Below are positions 13,237-25,559 of a DNA stretch of 64,000 bases, piece after piece. Position numbers and translations under genes: made by a program. Positions within the stretch are counted from its first letter, which is position 1. Every line of letters starts with the position of its first letter. Origin of the DNA: Lama guanicoe (taxonomy: Eukaryota); assembly GCA_013239625.1 (NCBI GenBank), contig MU053588.1:459988-523987 (forward strand). The letters run 5' to 3'. The notes under the pieces were generated by a model. It had not been told where the DNA came from. It was given only the letters and a program-made list of their open reading frames with translations, and did not search any database.

Positions 13237-14078
13237 AATCTTATGATATAAAAATGTAGAAAAGTCTTTATTCATGATTCATTAATTGATGTCAGTTAAT
13301 TCCTTCTTTTGAGAAAACCCATTGTGTAAGTAATATTGGAAAACCTTTTGATGGAGCACAAAACACTCAATAGCAAAGAATTCCTATTGCAATCTGTATT
13401 AACAGAGGAGAAGAACATTTACTGATTGGTTGTCAGTTACAGAATATCTGAGTAAAACCAAATGAATGAGATAACAGTGTGAATCCTTTTTGAATATTCT
13501 CAAAACATTCTCCACATCATTGATACAGAATTTAAATCCAATTCTTATAGAGAAACCTTCCATCACTACTTAAATCTTGTTGCACTTCCACAGATTCTTA
13601 TGAAAGGCAAATTTATGTTTTGTAACTAACCTGGGAAAGCCTTGTGTTATGTCATGCAACTTATTTGGCACGTCTTATTTTCAGTACCTCTTACTTCCTA
13701 ATTTTTGGAAAGTAACAATTTTGTTTCTGTTTGCTTACTTGTTAGATTGTAAGGGTTAAATGAGTTTGAGGATTTAAATGACTTAATGATCATCATTAAC
13801 AATAGTATTGGACCATTTCTATGAGAGGAAGACCTTGAAAGTACAATGATTGTAGAGAAATGTGCCATCTATATGTATGTCTTACTGAACGGCAGAATGT
13901 TAATTCTGAAGAAAAATCAGTAAAACAGAATGAAGTGAAGAAAACTTTGAATCAGTTTTAATTTCATTTGCTACATTAAAAAAACCCTCATACTATAGAG
14001 GAAGCCTGATGGTTTTAATGAAAGTGCTGGTGTTAAGTGCTCAGCATTTTTAAAGGCATTTGGAAGTGATTTGTTTCT

Positions 14079-14084
14079 AATAAA
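14079..14084 (+). terminator. Candidate ZNF790 polyadenylation signal AATAAA
   Basis: AATAAA just after the decayed-finger 3' UTR; use is unverified. Confidence 0.3.
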
Positions 14085-14647
14085 TTTCTAAAGCCAGACA
14101 TCATAACCATTTTATCACCGCTATTAAAATTTAGAAATTAGAGAATGGCCAAATGAATTCTAACATCTTGGAAGATTAATGCTACATATGTAAACAATTC
14201 TCAGGTTAATGAGTAAATCAGAAGTGAAATTATGGGCTATTTGGATGTGAATGATAATGAGACCTCGGTAAATCAAATCTATGAATGTGACCAGAGCACT
14301 TCTCAATGGAAACTGCTCTATGTATAAAACCAGGAAGATCTGAGGACAGTTTTTCTTGTCACCACTGTATCTCCAGCTCTTAGAACAGTGCCTGTAGTAT
14401 TGTGGGGTCCAAATATTTGTCAGATTAAATAATGATTACTCAAATAAACAAGCTAAAATAAGAGCAACTGCCCCAAATGATGGAAAGGTTTGATGAAAAT
14501 AATGCAAAAATGTGGAAGAACAATAGAGAAGATTTTAAAATTTTAAACCAAAATGTTTCTTTGAAGAAAAGTGTTATTTGCTAGATTTTGGCAGTGCCTC
14601 CACATTGTAAGAAGGGAGAAATGTTATATAATTTTTGAAGGTCATGT

Positions 14648-14733
14648 AAATATATTTATATATATTTATTATATATATATTTATTATATATATATTATAT
14701 ATAAATATATATATTTATTATATATATATATAA
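14648..14733. repeat. AT-rich low-complexity / (TA)n-like repeat
   Basis: Run of tatatttatatatatttattatatat... Confidence 0.85.
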
Positions 14734-15733
14734 AGTGTGTTAGACACAGTTTTAAAATATAGAAGGTATAGTTTATTCTCTAGGAAAATATTTTTAAATG
14801 ATTAAAATTTGAGAGTAAATAAAAAGGAACAACTGAGGAAAAAATGTTTTTTTTTGAATTATGTAGTACCAGATAATTGTTCAGGCTATTCCCGAAGGAA
14901 CAGAAAATCCTATGGAAAAGTTGTTCGTTCATGCTAAAAGACTAACATAATTCTGATGATAAAATTAGATGTAGAGTAGCCATTGAACAACAAATTCCAA
15001 AATGATTTCAGTCATGAACATACAATGAAAAAAACTACTACAGTAGTCAAATGGTGTTTACTCAGAATGTTTTAGCTCTGTTCTAGATGAGTGGTAATTC
15101 TATTAGACAACAGCAAGATATCAATGAAGAAAACCTCAGTTTGGCACTGAATAAATTTATGCCATGTGCATTTTCTTGGTGCCTTTTAGTATTACATGAA
15201 TTAAGGAATGGTGAGTATATGTATGTATATTTAGTGCATTTATAATTCAGTTATTTAACAGTAGTTAAACAGTATTAGGGAGCAGTAGTTCCCTCCTGAA
15301 TTATTGTCTTATATATAGAATTTCACAACTCAGGGGGGAAATGAAAATTTTTTGATATATCACTTTATTATAATAAGCTATTTCATTTATGCTGACTAAA
15401 TTTTATAAGGTGACAAATACACTGAGAAACATAACATTTAGGGCTTTCTGGACATCCATATTCAGATAAGTATAGAATATTCCTTTTTCCTTTGGCTCAG
15501 ACTGCCTTGTTTAGTATCAGTGTGCAAATCTATTGCTTCCATCTCCTTCATGGTGAATTTCTGAAGCTCCTTGAATGCCTGAGATATATGCTTCTTGAAC
15601 TCCAGTCCACTGATATATTTGTGAATATTGATAATATCTTTTCTAGTCTACCTTATAGAACACAGAATGGCCCTTAGTTTTTCCCTAACCACCTTTTCAG
15701 GAGCCATTTTACTAGAACCATTTTGGGAAATAA

Positions 15734-17030
15734 CTTTTTTTTAATTGAAGTATAGTCAGCTTACAATGCTGTGTCAATTTCTGGTGTACAGTATGATGTT
15801 TCAGTCATACATATACATACATATATTTCCTTTTCATATTCTTTTTCATTATACATTACTACAGGATATTGAATATAGTTCCCTGTGCTATACGGTAGAA
15901 ACTTGTTGTTAATTTACATACAGTAAGTATTTGCAAATCTCAAATTCCCAATTTATCCCTTCCAGCCTCTTTTACCCCCTGGTAACCATAAGTTTGTTTC
16001 CTATGTCTGTTGAGTCTATTTCTGTTTTGTAAATAAGTTTTGTGTCTTTTTTTTAATATTCCACATATGAGTGATATCATATGGTATTTTCCTTTCTCTT
16101 TCTGGCTTACTTCACTTAGAATGACATTCTCCAGGTCCATCCATGTTGCTGCAAATGGAATTATTTTATTCCTTTTTATGGCTGGGTAATATTCCATTGT
16201 ATAAATATACCACAACTTCTTTATCCAGTCATTTGTAGATGGACTTTTTGGTTGTTTCCATGTTTTGGCTGTTGTAAATAGTGCTGGTATGCACTTTGGG
16301 ATGCATGTAGCCTTTCGAATTACAGGGTTCTCTCCACACATATGCCCAGCAGTGTGATTGCTGGATCATGTGGTAAGTCTGTTCTTAGTTTTTTGAGGAA
16401 ATCTCCATACTGTTTTCCATGGTGGCTGCACCAAACTACATTCCCACCAACAGTGTAGGATTCTCTTTTCCCCACACCCTCTCCAGCATTTATCATCTGT
16501 GGACTTTTTAATAATGGCCATTCTGACTGATGTGAGAGAATAACTCATTGTAGTTTTGATTTGCATTTCTCTGATAATTAGTGATACTGAGCATTTTTTC
16601 ATGTGCCCGTTGGCCATTCGTATGTCTTCTTTGGAGGATTTCTTGTTTAGGTCTTATGCCATTTTGGATTGGGTTGTTTGGGGGTTTTTTTGTTACTAAA
16701 TTCTATGAGCTGTTTATATATTCTAGAAATTAAGCCCTTGTCAGTCACATCATTTGCAAAAATTTTCTCCCATGCATAGGTTGTCTGTTTTGTTTATTAT
16801 TTCCTTTGCTGTGCAAAAGCTTAGAGTTTGATTAGGTCCCATTTGTTTAGTTTTGCTTTGATTTCTGTTGCCTGGGTAGACTGCCCTAGGAGAACACTGC
16901 TAAGATTTATGTCAGAAAATGTTTTGCCTGTGTTTTATTCTCGGAGGTTTATGTTTTAAGTCTTTAAACCATTTTAAGTTTATTTTTGTGTATGGTGTGA
17001 GGGAGAATTCTAACTTCATTGACTTATATA
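15734..17030 (-). mobile_element. L1 3' portion (ORF2 C-terminus plus 3' UTR), relatively young
   Basis: Minus-strand ORFs 16366-16617 and 15940-16341 encode L1 ORF2 C-terminal motifs ([30 protein letters not shown]...LWYIYTMEYY); poly(T) at the left end. Confidence 0.9.
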
Positions 17031-17279
17031 GAACTTTTTAATAATTAGTTTTAGTACAGCTGGATAAAATTTAGGGGAAAAACTTAAGATTCATTCCTGG
17101 CAGTATAAAGCAGGGTAAATTCCCAATAAGTCAAGAGATATAAACATTTTTTTAAAGGGTTGTGGGGTGGGGGAGAAACTGTACAAGTACTGCAAGAAGA
17201 CATAGGTGAATTTATTTATAGCCTTGGAATTGAGACATAAATAACTCAGAAATCCAGAAATAAGGAGAAAGCAACTAGA

Positions 17280-17935
17280 GATCTGAGATCAGAATTACAA
17301 GTTACACTACACTGAGATACCACTTCATACCAATCAGATGGGCAAAAATCCAACAAGGTATTAAAATACTCTGTTGACAAGACTGGAAAAACAAGGACTC
17401 TCACACTGCTAATGAAAATGCAAAATAGTACAACTCAATAGGAGAGAATTGAGCAGTGTCTGTGTGTAATCTTATATGAATATGCCATAAGACCCAGCAC
17501 TCTTGCTTCTGTCCTAAAGATATACTGGTAAAATTACAAAATGTGGTATGAACAGAAGAATTTTAAAAATGCTGTATGGAGCATTTTACAGCAGACTGGA
17601 GACAATTCAAATGTGCAGCATAAATTGGCTTGATTAACCATCATGTATATGTACATTGGAGTATCTTACAGCTGTATACATCTATGGAGTGGTCTTCAGC
17701 ATACGTTAAATGAAAAAATAGGTAAGTGCAATAATATGTGTACTATGCTAATATTTGTGAAAAGAAGGGAGGAATACTATATATGCCTGTACTTTCAGAA
17801 AGAAAGTGAAGAAACAACATTTGGGAGAGGGCAAGGATGGAAGGTAGTTATCTTTTGTTGTACCTTGTTTTGTATTTTGACTTTGTATCCATGCAGATAC
17901 TTTACATATTGGCTTTTATTTAAAAAAAAATAAAG
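17280..17935 (+). mobile_element. Old L1 3' fragment
   Basis: 'gagataccacttcataccaatcagatgggcaaaaat' and L1ME-like 3' UTR. Confidence 0.55.
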
Positions 17936-18954
17936 AAGTCAAAGGGAAAAATAGCCATCCTAAAAATCAAAACCACTGAATTTGATTCAGCATCAGCGTA
18001 TTACACAACAAACATAATTATAATTTCAAGTGCTGTTAAAATATTTTGACTTAGAGGAAAGCTGTATCTCAAGGACAAAGGAGAAATACAAAGAAATCTA
18101 TACTGGCTTTACTCGTCTTTTGTTAATGGTAATATCGGTATTATTGTTGGTGAGTCCGAAATTAAGTATGTAACTTAATTTAACAAGGAGTTCAATTTTT
18201 GCAAAAGAAAAAATAAGGTGCCCTGTAGTCTTTTCATTTCCTGTGCCAGGAACCTGGACAAGGACCAAATATATTTCTTATTATACCATAGAGAGGTATC
18301 CCACTACCCCTCCTCAGATCTGAAGTGTGATTAAAGAAAAGGTGTGGACTTTGCACACAGGAAAGCTCTGAGGTTTTCCATAGACCTATGTCTGTAGATG
18401 AATTTTGTTTAACGTTGATTGGCCTCAGTCTCATTAAGTGGTTGGGGCCTGCTTACAGAGAGATCAGGGAATCTTCCATGGGAATCTCTGAAAGGTAAAA
18501 CCTTGAAACAGGGTCCACTTTGTGGTTGAATGGAATGTGCTAGTTTTGACATCTTTGTGATTCTGATACATGCTACATCAATGTTCTTTATCTCAGGAAC
18601 AAGGAAAATGTATAAGGAAGGATGGTGGATTTATAAGAAAATTATCCAATGCATAAATATTAGATTATTCTCTCAGAGTTGAAGAAGTCTTAAGGTTATT
18701 GTCCAACATAAATTATTTTCTACATTCTGTGATTCAGATTGACTGTTATATAGCTAATAGAAATCACTTAGAATTTATCAAAACAAAGAAAAATTAGGAT
18801 ATAATATGACATTATAATGAACTTGAGAATTAAAGAATAAAGTTCTTTAATTTTATGTAAACTTATTATTCTAAAAATTTTTATACAGCATTTAAGAAAA
18901 AATCTAAGTTTTCCTTCATTTTTTCTTCTATTCATTATAAATAATTATATTCAT

Positions 18955-19760
18955 TCAGCACATATATACATCTTCTTTATTCATTTGTTTGTTGATGGAC
19001 ATTTAGGTTGCTTCTCTGTCTTGGCTATTGTAAATAGTGCTGCTATGAACACTGGGGTGCATGTATCTTTTCAAATTAGGGTTTTCTGAAGATATATACC
19101 CAGGAGTGGAATTGCTGGATCATATGGCAAATCTATTTTTAGTTTTTAAAGGAAACTCCATACTGTTCTCCATAATGGCTGCACCAATTTACATTCCTTT
19201 TTCTCCACACTCTCTGTAGCACTTTTATTTTCATTTAAGTGTAGTTTACAGTGTTGTGTCAATTTCTGGTGTACAGCATAATGTTTCAGTCATACATACA
19301 TATATATGTTTTCATATTCTTTTTCATTATATGTTACTACAAGATACTGAATATAGTTCCCTGCAGCATTTACTATTTGTAGACCTTTTAATGATGGCCA
19401 TTCTGACTGGTGTGAGGTGACACCTCATTGTAGTTTTGATTTGCATTTCCCTGATAATTAGTAATATTGAGCATCTTTTCAGGTGCCTGTTGGCCATCTG
19501 TATGTCTTCTTCATGGGAGAAATGTCTGTTTAGGTCTTCTGGCCATTCTTTGATTGGGTTTTTCTGTGTTTGTTTTTGTTACTGAGTTATATGAGCTGTT
19601 TGTATATTCTGGAAGTTAAGCCCTTGTCAGTCACATCATTTGCAAATATATTCTCCCAGTCCTTAGATTTTTTGTTTGTTTGTTTTATGGTTTCTTTTGC
19701 TGTGTAAAAGCTTATAAGTTTGATTAGGTCCCATTTGTTTATTTTTGTTTTTATTCCCAA
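18955..19760 (-). mobile_element. L1 3' fragment, with a short L1 3'-UTR piece inside (about 19230-19362)
   Basis: Antisense L1 ORF2 C-terminal sequence 'gtttgttgatggacatttaggttgcttc', 'ttttgatttgcatttccctgataattag'. Confidence 0.8.
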
Positions 19761-20130
19761 TAAGTTTTTTTAATGACATTTTTTTAGAAAGACGATAGAA
19801 GAACTCATTTACTGAGAATTTTAAAGGCAGGAATATAGCTTGTTTGTATCCTCTATTTCATTTAATTGGGAAACATTTATTTGTTCCCAGAAATGTTTGT
19901 GTATTTAAAGGAACTCCACAATATATAGGAAATTTTGCATTCAGCAACAAGATTTTTCAAGAAAATGCAGTAACTGCTTCAGAACACTAGTTTCCTGTCT
20001 CTTACCTTTGTCTTAGGTTTCCAGTCCCAGCCTATAGTCCTCCTTGCTGCAATAAAGTCTTTCCTTTCTTCTTCCTTCTTAGATATATTTTCTTTAATTT
20101 TACCAGTAACATGTTGGCTTATGGTTTTAG

Positions 20131-20298
<168 letters not shown>

Positions 20299-20769
20299 TG
20301 AATTCAGAACTCTCTTTTTAAGACACTAGCTGAATTTCTTCTCTGTTTCTCAGGGAATGGACTGAACTTTGTTGGTTTGCAAGTGGCCACTTATAGTAAA
20401 TACCTTAATTTTCACCATGTTTCAGTGACCCTCATAAAACATTCCTGTCTCCATTCTATAATTGCTTCTTCCTGAAATGACTAAGGGACTAGATTTGAAT
20501 TCTAGGATATTTACTCCAAAACCAATGTCAAAGAAATCAGGTTTCACAGTGTATTTGAGCTTAGAATTGCTATGAGTGCCCTTTTATTTGATAACCTTCC
20601 TGCAAGGGTAATAGCCCAACCCAGGGCCTATAATTAAATGTGGTGGTTGAGATCAAAAAAATTCATTTACAATTAAAGTGAACACATTCTGTTTCCTACA
20701 GCAAGCATTTTCTTTTGCTTAATTTGCAGTTGAATGTTCAAATCTATAAGCTTAGTATTTTTGTTTTTT

Positions 20770-21060
20770 AATTTTTTTATTAAAAATTTTTTAAATTGAG
20801 TTATAGTCAGTTTACAGTGCTGTGTCAATTTCTGGCGTACAGCATAGGTTTTCAGTCATATATGAATATACATATATTCATTTTCATAGTCTTTTTCCCC
20901 ATGAGCTACCACAGTATCTTGTATATATTTCCCTGTGCTATACAGTATAAACTTACTTATCTATTCTGTATATACCTGTCATTATCTACCAACCTCCCAG
21001 TCTGTCTCTTCCCACCCACCTCCCTGCTGGCAACCACAAGTTCTGTGCCTGTGAGTCTGT
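20770..21060 (-). mobile_element. Short L1 3' end
   Basis: Same 3' UTR type as at 15734 ('tatagtcagtttacagtgctgtgtcaatttctgg'), T-rich tail. Confidence 0.75.
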
Positions 21061-21189
21061 ATTAACTTGGTATTTAACTTGGAATGATTATCCTAACAAG
21101 AACCTGAGAGTATCTTAGGAATTGTCTTGTTTTGCTCTATGTAAATTAGCTTACTATATATACTATGTACTATTCTAAATTCTAAGTAT

Positions 21190-21340
21190 TAGCCACCATT
21201 TTTATTTCCGTTTTCCAAATGGAAAACTGAGCCCCAGAGAATTTAAGTTGTTTGCCTATAGTCATCTAGCCAATAGGTGGCAGAGGCCAGATTTGAACTC
21301 ACAGTCTGGTTCCAGAGTCTGTGCTTTCAATTATTACTGC
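21190..21340. mobile_element. MIR SINE fragment
   Basis: MIR core 'ccgttttccaaatggaaaactgagccccagaga...ggcagaggccagatttgaactc'. Confidence 0.7.
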
Positions 21341-22177
21341 TTCTCAATAAAGCAAGCTGCCAGTATGAACTTTAATTCCATAATGATACCTTTCCATTAC
21401 CTATCAAGTTTGTTTATTTGCTGTGATATTGAGGTTATCCTAAATTAAATGTTCTTGAATGCTATCACTTTTTTCTTCTCTGAAGTCTTTGTCCGTAGTA
21501 TGTTGATCCATACTTTATGTAGTTACAACCCTGACACTTGGTTTTTCTTTTTTTGTAATGCAAGTGCCTGACTTAAGCTTTGATCACTGAGGCATCTGTG
21601 GCCCTATCCCCACCACTGAGGCCAAATGCAGACTCTAGCCCTCTGACCCTCATTGGGCTGTAACAAAGTATCCCAACACCCCCACCAGACTATGTCAGAA
21701 AAACCGTAGTATGAAGCCTAACTTTTTCATCTCCACCAGGCAGTAACGGGCCCCTCAGATATCAGTACAGTGTCAAAATGTGGAGCCTAGCCTTCTGTAA
21801 CCAGTGAAAATATTGTTCAGGGAATAAGAAATCAAGAACATCCTCAGATAACGGAAAGGCTCTTTACCAACACACCTACCCCCCAAAGAATGCGTAAAGA
21901 AATGCCTTAAACAAAAATGAAACCTTAAACAAAGGATCATGGAAAACTAGGAAGGTAGAAAGAACCACATAAGAGCAACATTGTGTGTACAACAGCTGAC
22001 TTTCCTTAGTTATGTTTGACAGTTGAAGCAGAAATCAGTAACACTGTCCAATGTGGTTTTCAGTATATATAGAAGAAACAGTCAAGTCGGTTATAAATGG
22101 GGCAGTATAAAGGAAGGTAAGGTTTCTACGCTTAAGCTGGATAAATAATGAACTATTATACTTCAGTAAGTTAGGTA

Positions 22178-22520
22178 CAGTTGACCCATATACATGGGTT
22201 CCACATCTGCAGATTCAACCAACCTTAGATTGAAAATATTTCAGATAAAACTCCAGAAAGTTCCAAACAGTTAAACCTGAATTTGCCTCATACTGTCAAC
22301 TATTTGCAAAGAGTTTACATTATATTCACAACTATTTACACAGCATTTACAATGTATTAAGTATTATAAGTAACCTAGAGATAATTTAACATACAGGACT
22401 TGCATATGTAGGTTATATGCAAGTACCACTTTATGTAAGTAGGGACTTGAGCATCCATGGATTTTTGATATATGCAGGGGGTCTTGGCACCAATACCCTG
22501 TGGATACCAAGGGACAACTG
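22178..22520. mobile_element. MER2-like Tigger-family MITE
   Basis: CAGTTG...CAACTG termini with TA duplication; internal 'ggacttgagcatccatggatttttg', 'ataccctgtggataccaaggga'. Confidence 0.8.
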
Positions 22521-22559
22521 TATACATTACTTAATGCCTAAAGCAATACTGCAAAATAC

Positions 22560-24280
22560 AAGATACACACCCAAAAATACTGTACACTGAAAAATAGCAG
22601 AGTGGGAAATTACAGCAGTCTATCCATCCACAGAAGTAAATAATAGGCTGGCAAAACTGATAGAATCAACTTTTTCAAAAATCTAGAAACTAATCAAAAG
22701 CTTACAGTATTCAGAGAAATGCTCAGTCAAGGAAAAAAACAAGTGAATCTCAGAGCTTTGTGGTATTTTAATTTATCCTGGTCCCATCCCCCGCCCCCCA
22801 GCTCAGCAGCAGTCTGGACTGCAGCCGCCCACTTTCCCAGTACTACCACCTAGTCCTAGAGGAGCAGAACTGACCTGAGTCTCAAAGAACTGGTTTTCTG
22901 GATGGTTGTTTTTTTAGATCTATCTGATGACTTCCTGAAGCATTGCTCAAAGGCTTGCCTTTAATTTTACCTGACTTAGAACTTTTCCAGGGCAGAGGTA
23001 GAAAATTCTGAAATGAAAATATGTCAGTCATTGCCGCCTGGGGCAAGAAATAACCTTTGGGCAAGCAACAGACTAAAAAGACCTGAGAGGAAATGCTGGT
23101 GAAATTAGATACTTTGGGGAATAAAGGACTTCTAAAATCTCCCCTATATTCCTGGGAATTTAGAAGGCCACATGTGTACACAGGGCTGAACACATGCTCA
23201 GATAAAATCTGAGGCCTGAAGCCCTTATCTCTGGCTGAACTTCATAAGCAGGAAGTGAAGTTTAAGTTAAAATTATAAATTGCCTGGCTGAGTACTGAAA
23301 GTGTGCCCAGCACACAAAGACCATCTGCAAAGATTGGGAGTTACTTTTTCCATTATTATTTCAAGCATTTAAGGAATCCCTCTTTGACTGCTAAGCTAAT
23401 GGAGCAGAGATTCAGTGATCATGTATGAGAAGGAATACAAACTTTACAAAGTTAATTCAGGAAAGTCACAGCTACAACAAACCCTAGAAAGTAGAAAGTC
23501 TGATTTCTAGAATTGCTAGATTATAATTCAAAATGTCCAATTTTCAAAAAATTAGGCATACAAACAAATAAGAAACTGGCCCATACAGCAGGAAAAAATA
23601 GAAACTGTCCCTGAGAAAACCCATTATTGGGACTAATTAGACAAATATTTAAAACCAACTATCTTAAATATGCTCAATGAGCTAAGTAAATCATGTACAA
23701 AGAACTGAAGGACACTATGAAAATAATTTCTCACCAAATAGATAAGATTAATCAAGAGAAATTATTAAAAGGAACCAAATAGAAATTCTGGATTTGAAAA
23801 GTACAATATCTGAAATGAAAAATTCTCTAGAGGTGTTCAACAGGAGATCTGAGCAGGCAAAAGAAAGAATCAGCAAGCCTGAAGAGAGATGGATAGGTCA
23901 GTTAAGATTATCCAATTTGAGGAGCAGAGGGGAAAAAATGAAGAAAAATGAATGGCCCTTTAGAGACCTGTAAGGTACCACAGAGCCTAATTGTAGATGC
24001 ATAGTGGGAACCCAAAGGTCTCTCAGACAGAAAGAGGCATAAAGACTATTTGACGAAATGATGGCTGAAATTTTCCCCAGTTTATCAAAGAACATGAATA
24101 TACATACTGAAGAAACTCAGTGAACCCCGAATAGGATAAACTCAAAGATTTACATTGAAACATATTATAATTAAACTGTTAAAAGACAAAGAGACAATCT
24201 TGAGAATAACAGGAAAGATGCAAATAGTCACATGCAAGGGATCCTCAATAAGAGTAACAGCTGACTTCTCATTGCAAATG
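22560..24280 (+). mobile_element. Old L1 5' region and ORF1 remnant
   Basis: L1 ORF1-like 'aaccaaatagaaattctggatttgaaaagtacaata', 'gaagaaactcagtgaacccc'; peptide HIIIKLLKDKETIL...KGSSIRVTADFS. Confidence 0.7.
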
Positions 24281-24394
24281 AGAGATGTGAAGGACCTCAA
24301 AGTAAGACCAGAAACCATAAAACTCCTAGAAGAGAACATAGGCAGAACACTCCTTGACATAAATGTAGTAATTGTTTTGCTCTGTCTCCCAAGC

Positions 24395-24434
<40 letters not shown>

Positions 24435-25515
24435 GACCTAATCAAACTTGAAAGTTTTTGCACAGCAAAGGAAGCTATCAAAACAAAAACAGCCTACAGA
24501 ATAGGAGGAAATATTTGCAAATGATATGACAAACAAGGGATTAATACTCAGAATATATCAACAGCTTGTACAACTCAATATCAAAAGAACAAAGAACCCA
24601 ATCAAAAAATGTGCACAAGACCTCAATAGACATTTTTCCAAAGAAGACATACAGATGGCCAACAGGCACATGAAGAGATGTTCAACATCACTCATTATTA
24701 GAGAAAGGTAAATCCAGACCACAATGAGGTATCACCTCACACTGGTCAGAATGGTTATTATCCAAGAGTTTATAAATAATAAATGCTAGAGACAGTGTGG
24801 AGAAAAGGAAACCTTCCTACACTATTGGTGGGAATGTAGATTGGTGCAGCCACTATGGAAAAGGGTATGGAGGTTCCTCAAAAAGCTAAAAACAGAACTA
24901 CCATCAGATCCAGCAATTCCACGCCTGGGTATATATTCAGAAAAAAATGAAAACACTAATCAGAAAAGATACATGCACCCCAATGTTCATAGCAGCACTT
25001 TTTACAATGTCGAAACTATAGAAACAACCCAAATGCCCATCATGACCGTGAAAAGATGAATGGATAGAGAAGATGTGGTACATATGCACAATGGAGTATT
25101 AGTCATAAAAATGAATGAAAATTCTGCCATTTGCAGTAACATGGATGGACCTGGAGAATATTATGGTTAGTGAAATAAGTCAGATAAAGACAAATAATGT
25201 ATGTTACTTATATGTGGAATCTAAAAAATAATACAAATGAATGTATATGCAAAACAGAAACTGACTCACAGACGTAAAAAACAAACTAGTGATTACCAAA
25301 GGGGAGAGAGAAGGGGGAGAGGCCAATTAGGAGTATGGGATTAAAAGATATAAACTATGTATAAAATAGATAAGTATAAAGTGTATATTGTATAGTATAG
25401 GGAATTAGAGCCACTATCTTTTAATAACCTTTAATGAAGTATACTTTGTAAAAATACTTAACCACTACACTGTACGCCTGAAACTAACACAATTTTGCAA
25501 ATCAATCATAAATAA
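24281..25515 (+). mobile_element. Younger L1 3' portion (ORF2 C-terminus plus 3' UTR)
   Basis: [45 protein letters not shown] and [16 protein letters not shown] motifs of L1 ORF2. Confidence 0.88.
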
Positions 25516-25559
25516 ATAACAAAAGCATAATAAATAGCTCTACATAAATAAACAAGATT

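Noticed and set aside
11906..13246. Alternative-frame ORFs ([10 protein letters not shown] repeats) over the ZNF790 finger exon
   Set aside because: Expected by-product of C2H2 repeat codon usage; no independent evidence of translation.
24155..24451. 98-aa ORF fusing L1 ORF1-like and ORF2-like peptides with a poly-Lys tail
   Set aside because: Chance in-frame junction of an old L1 and a younger truncated L1; the poly-Lys is an expanded A tract.
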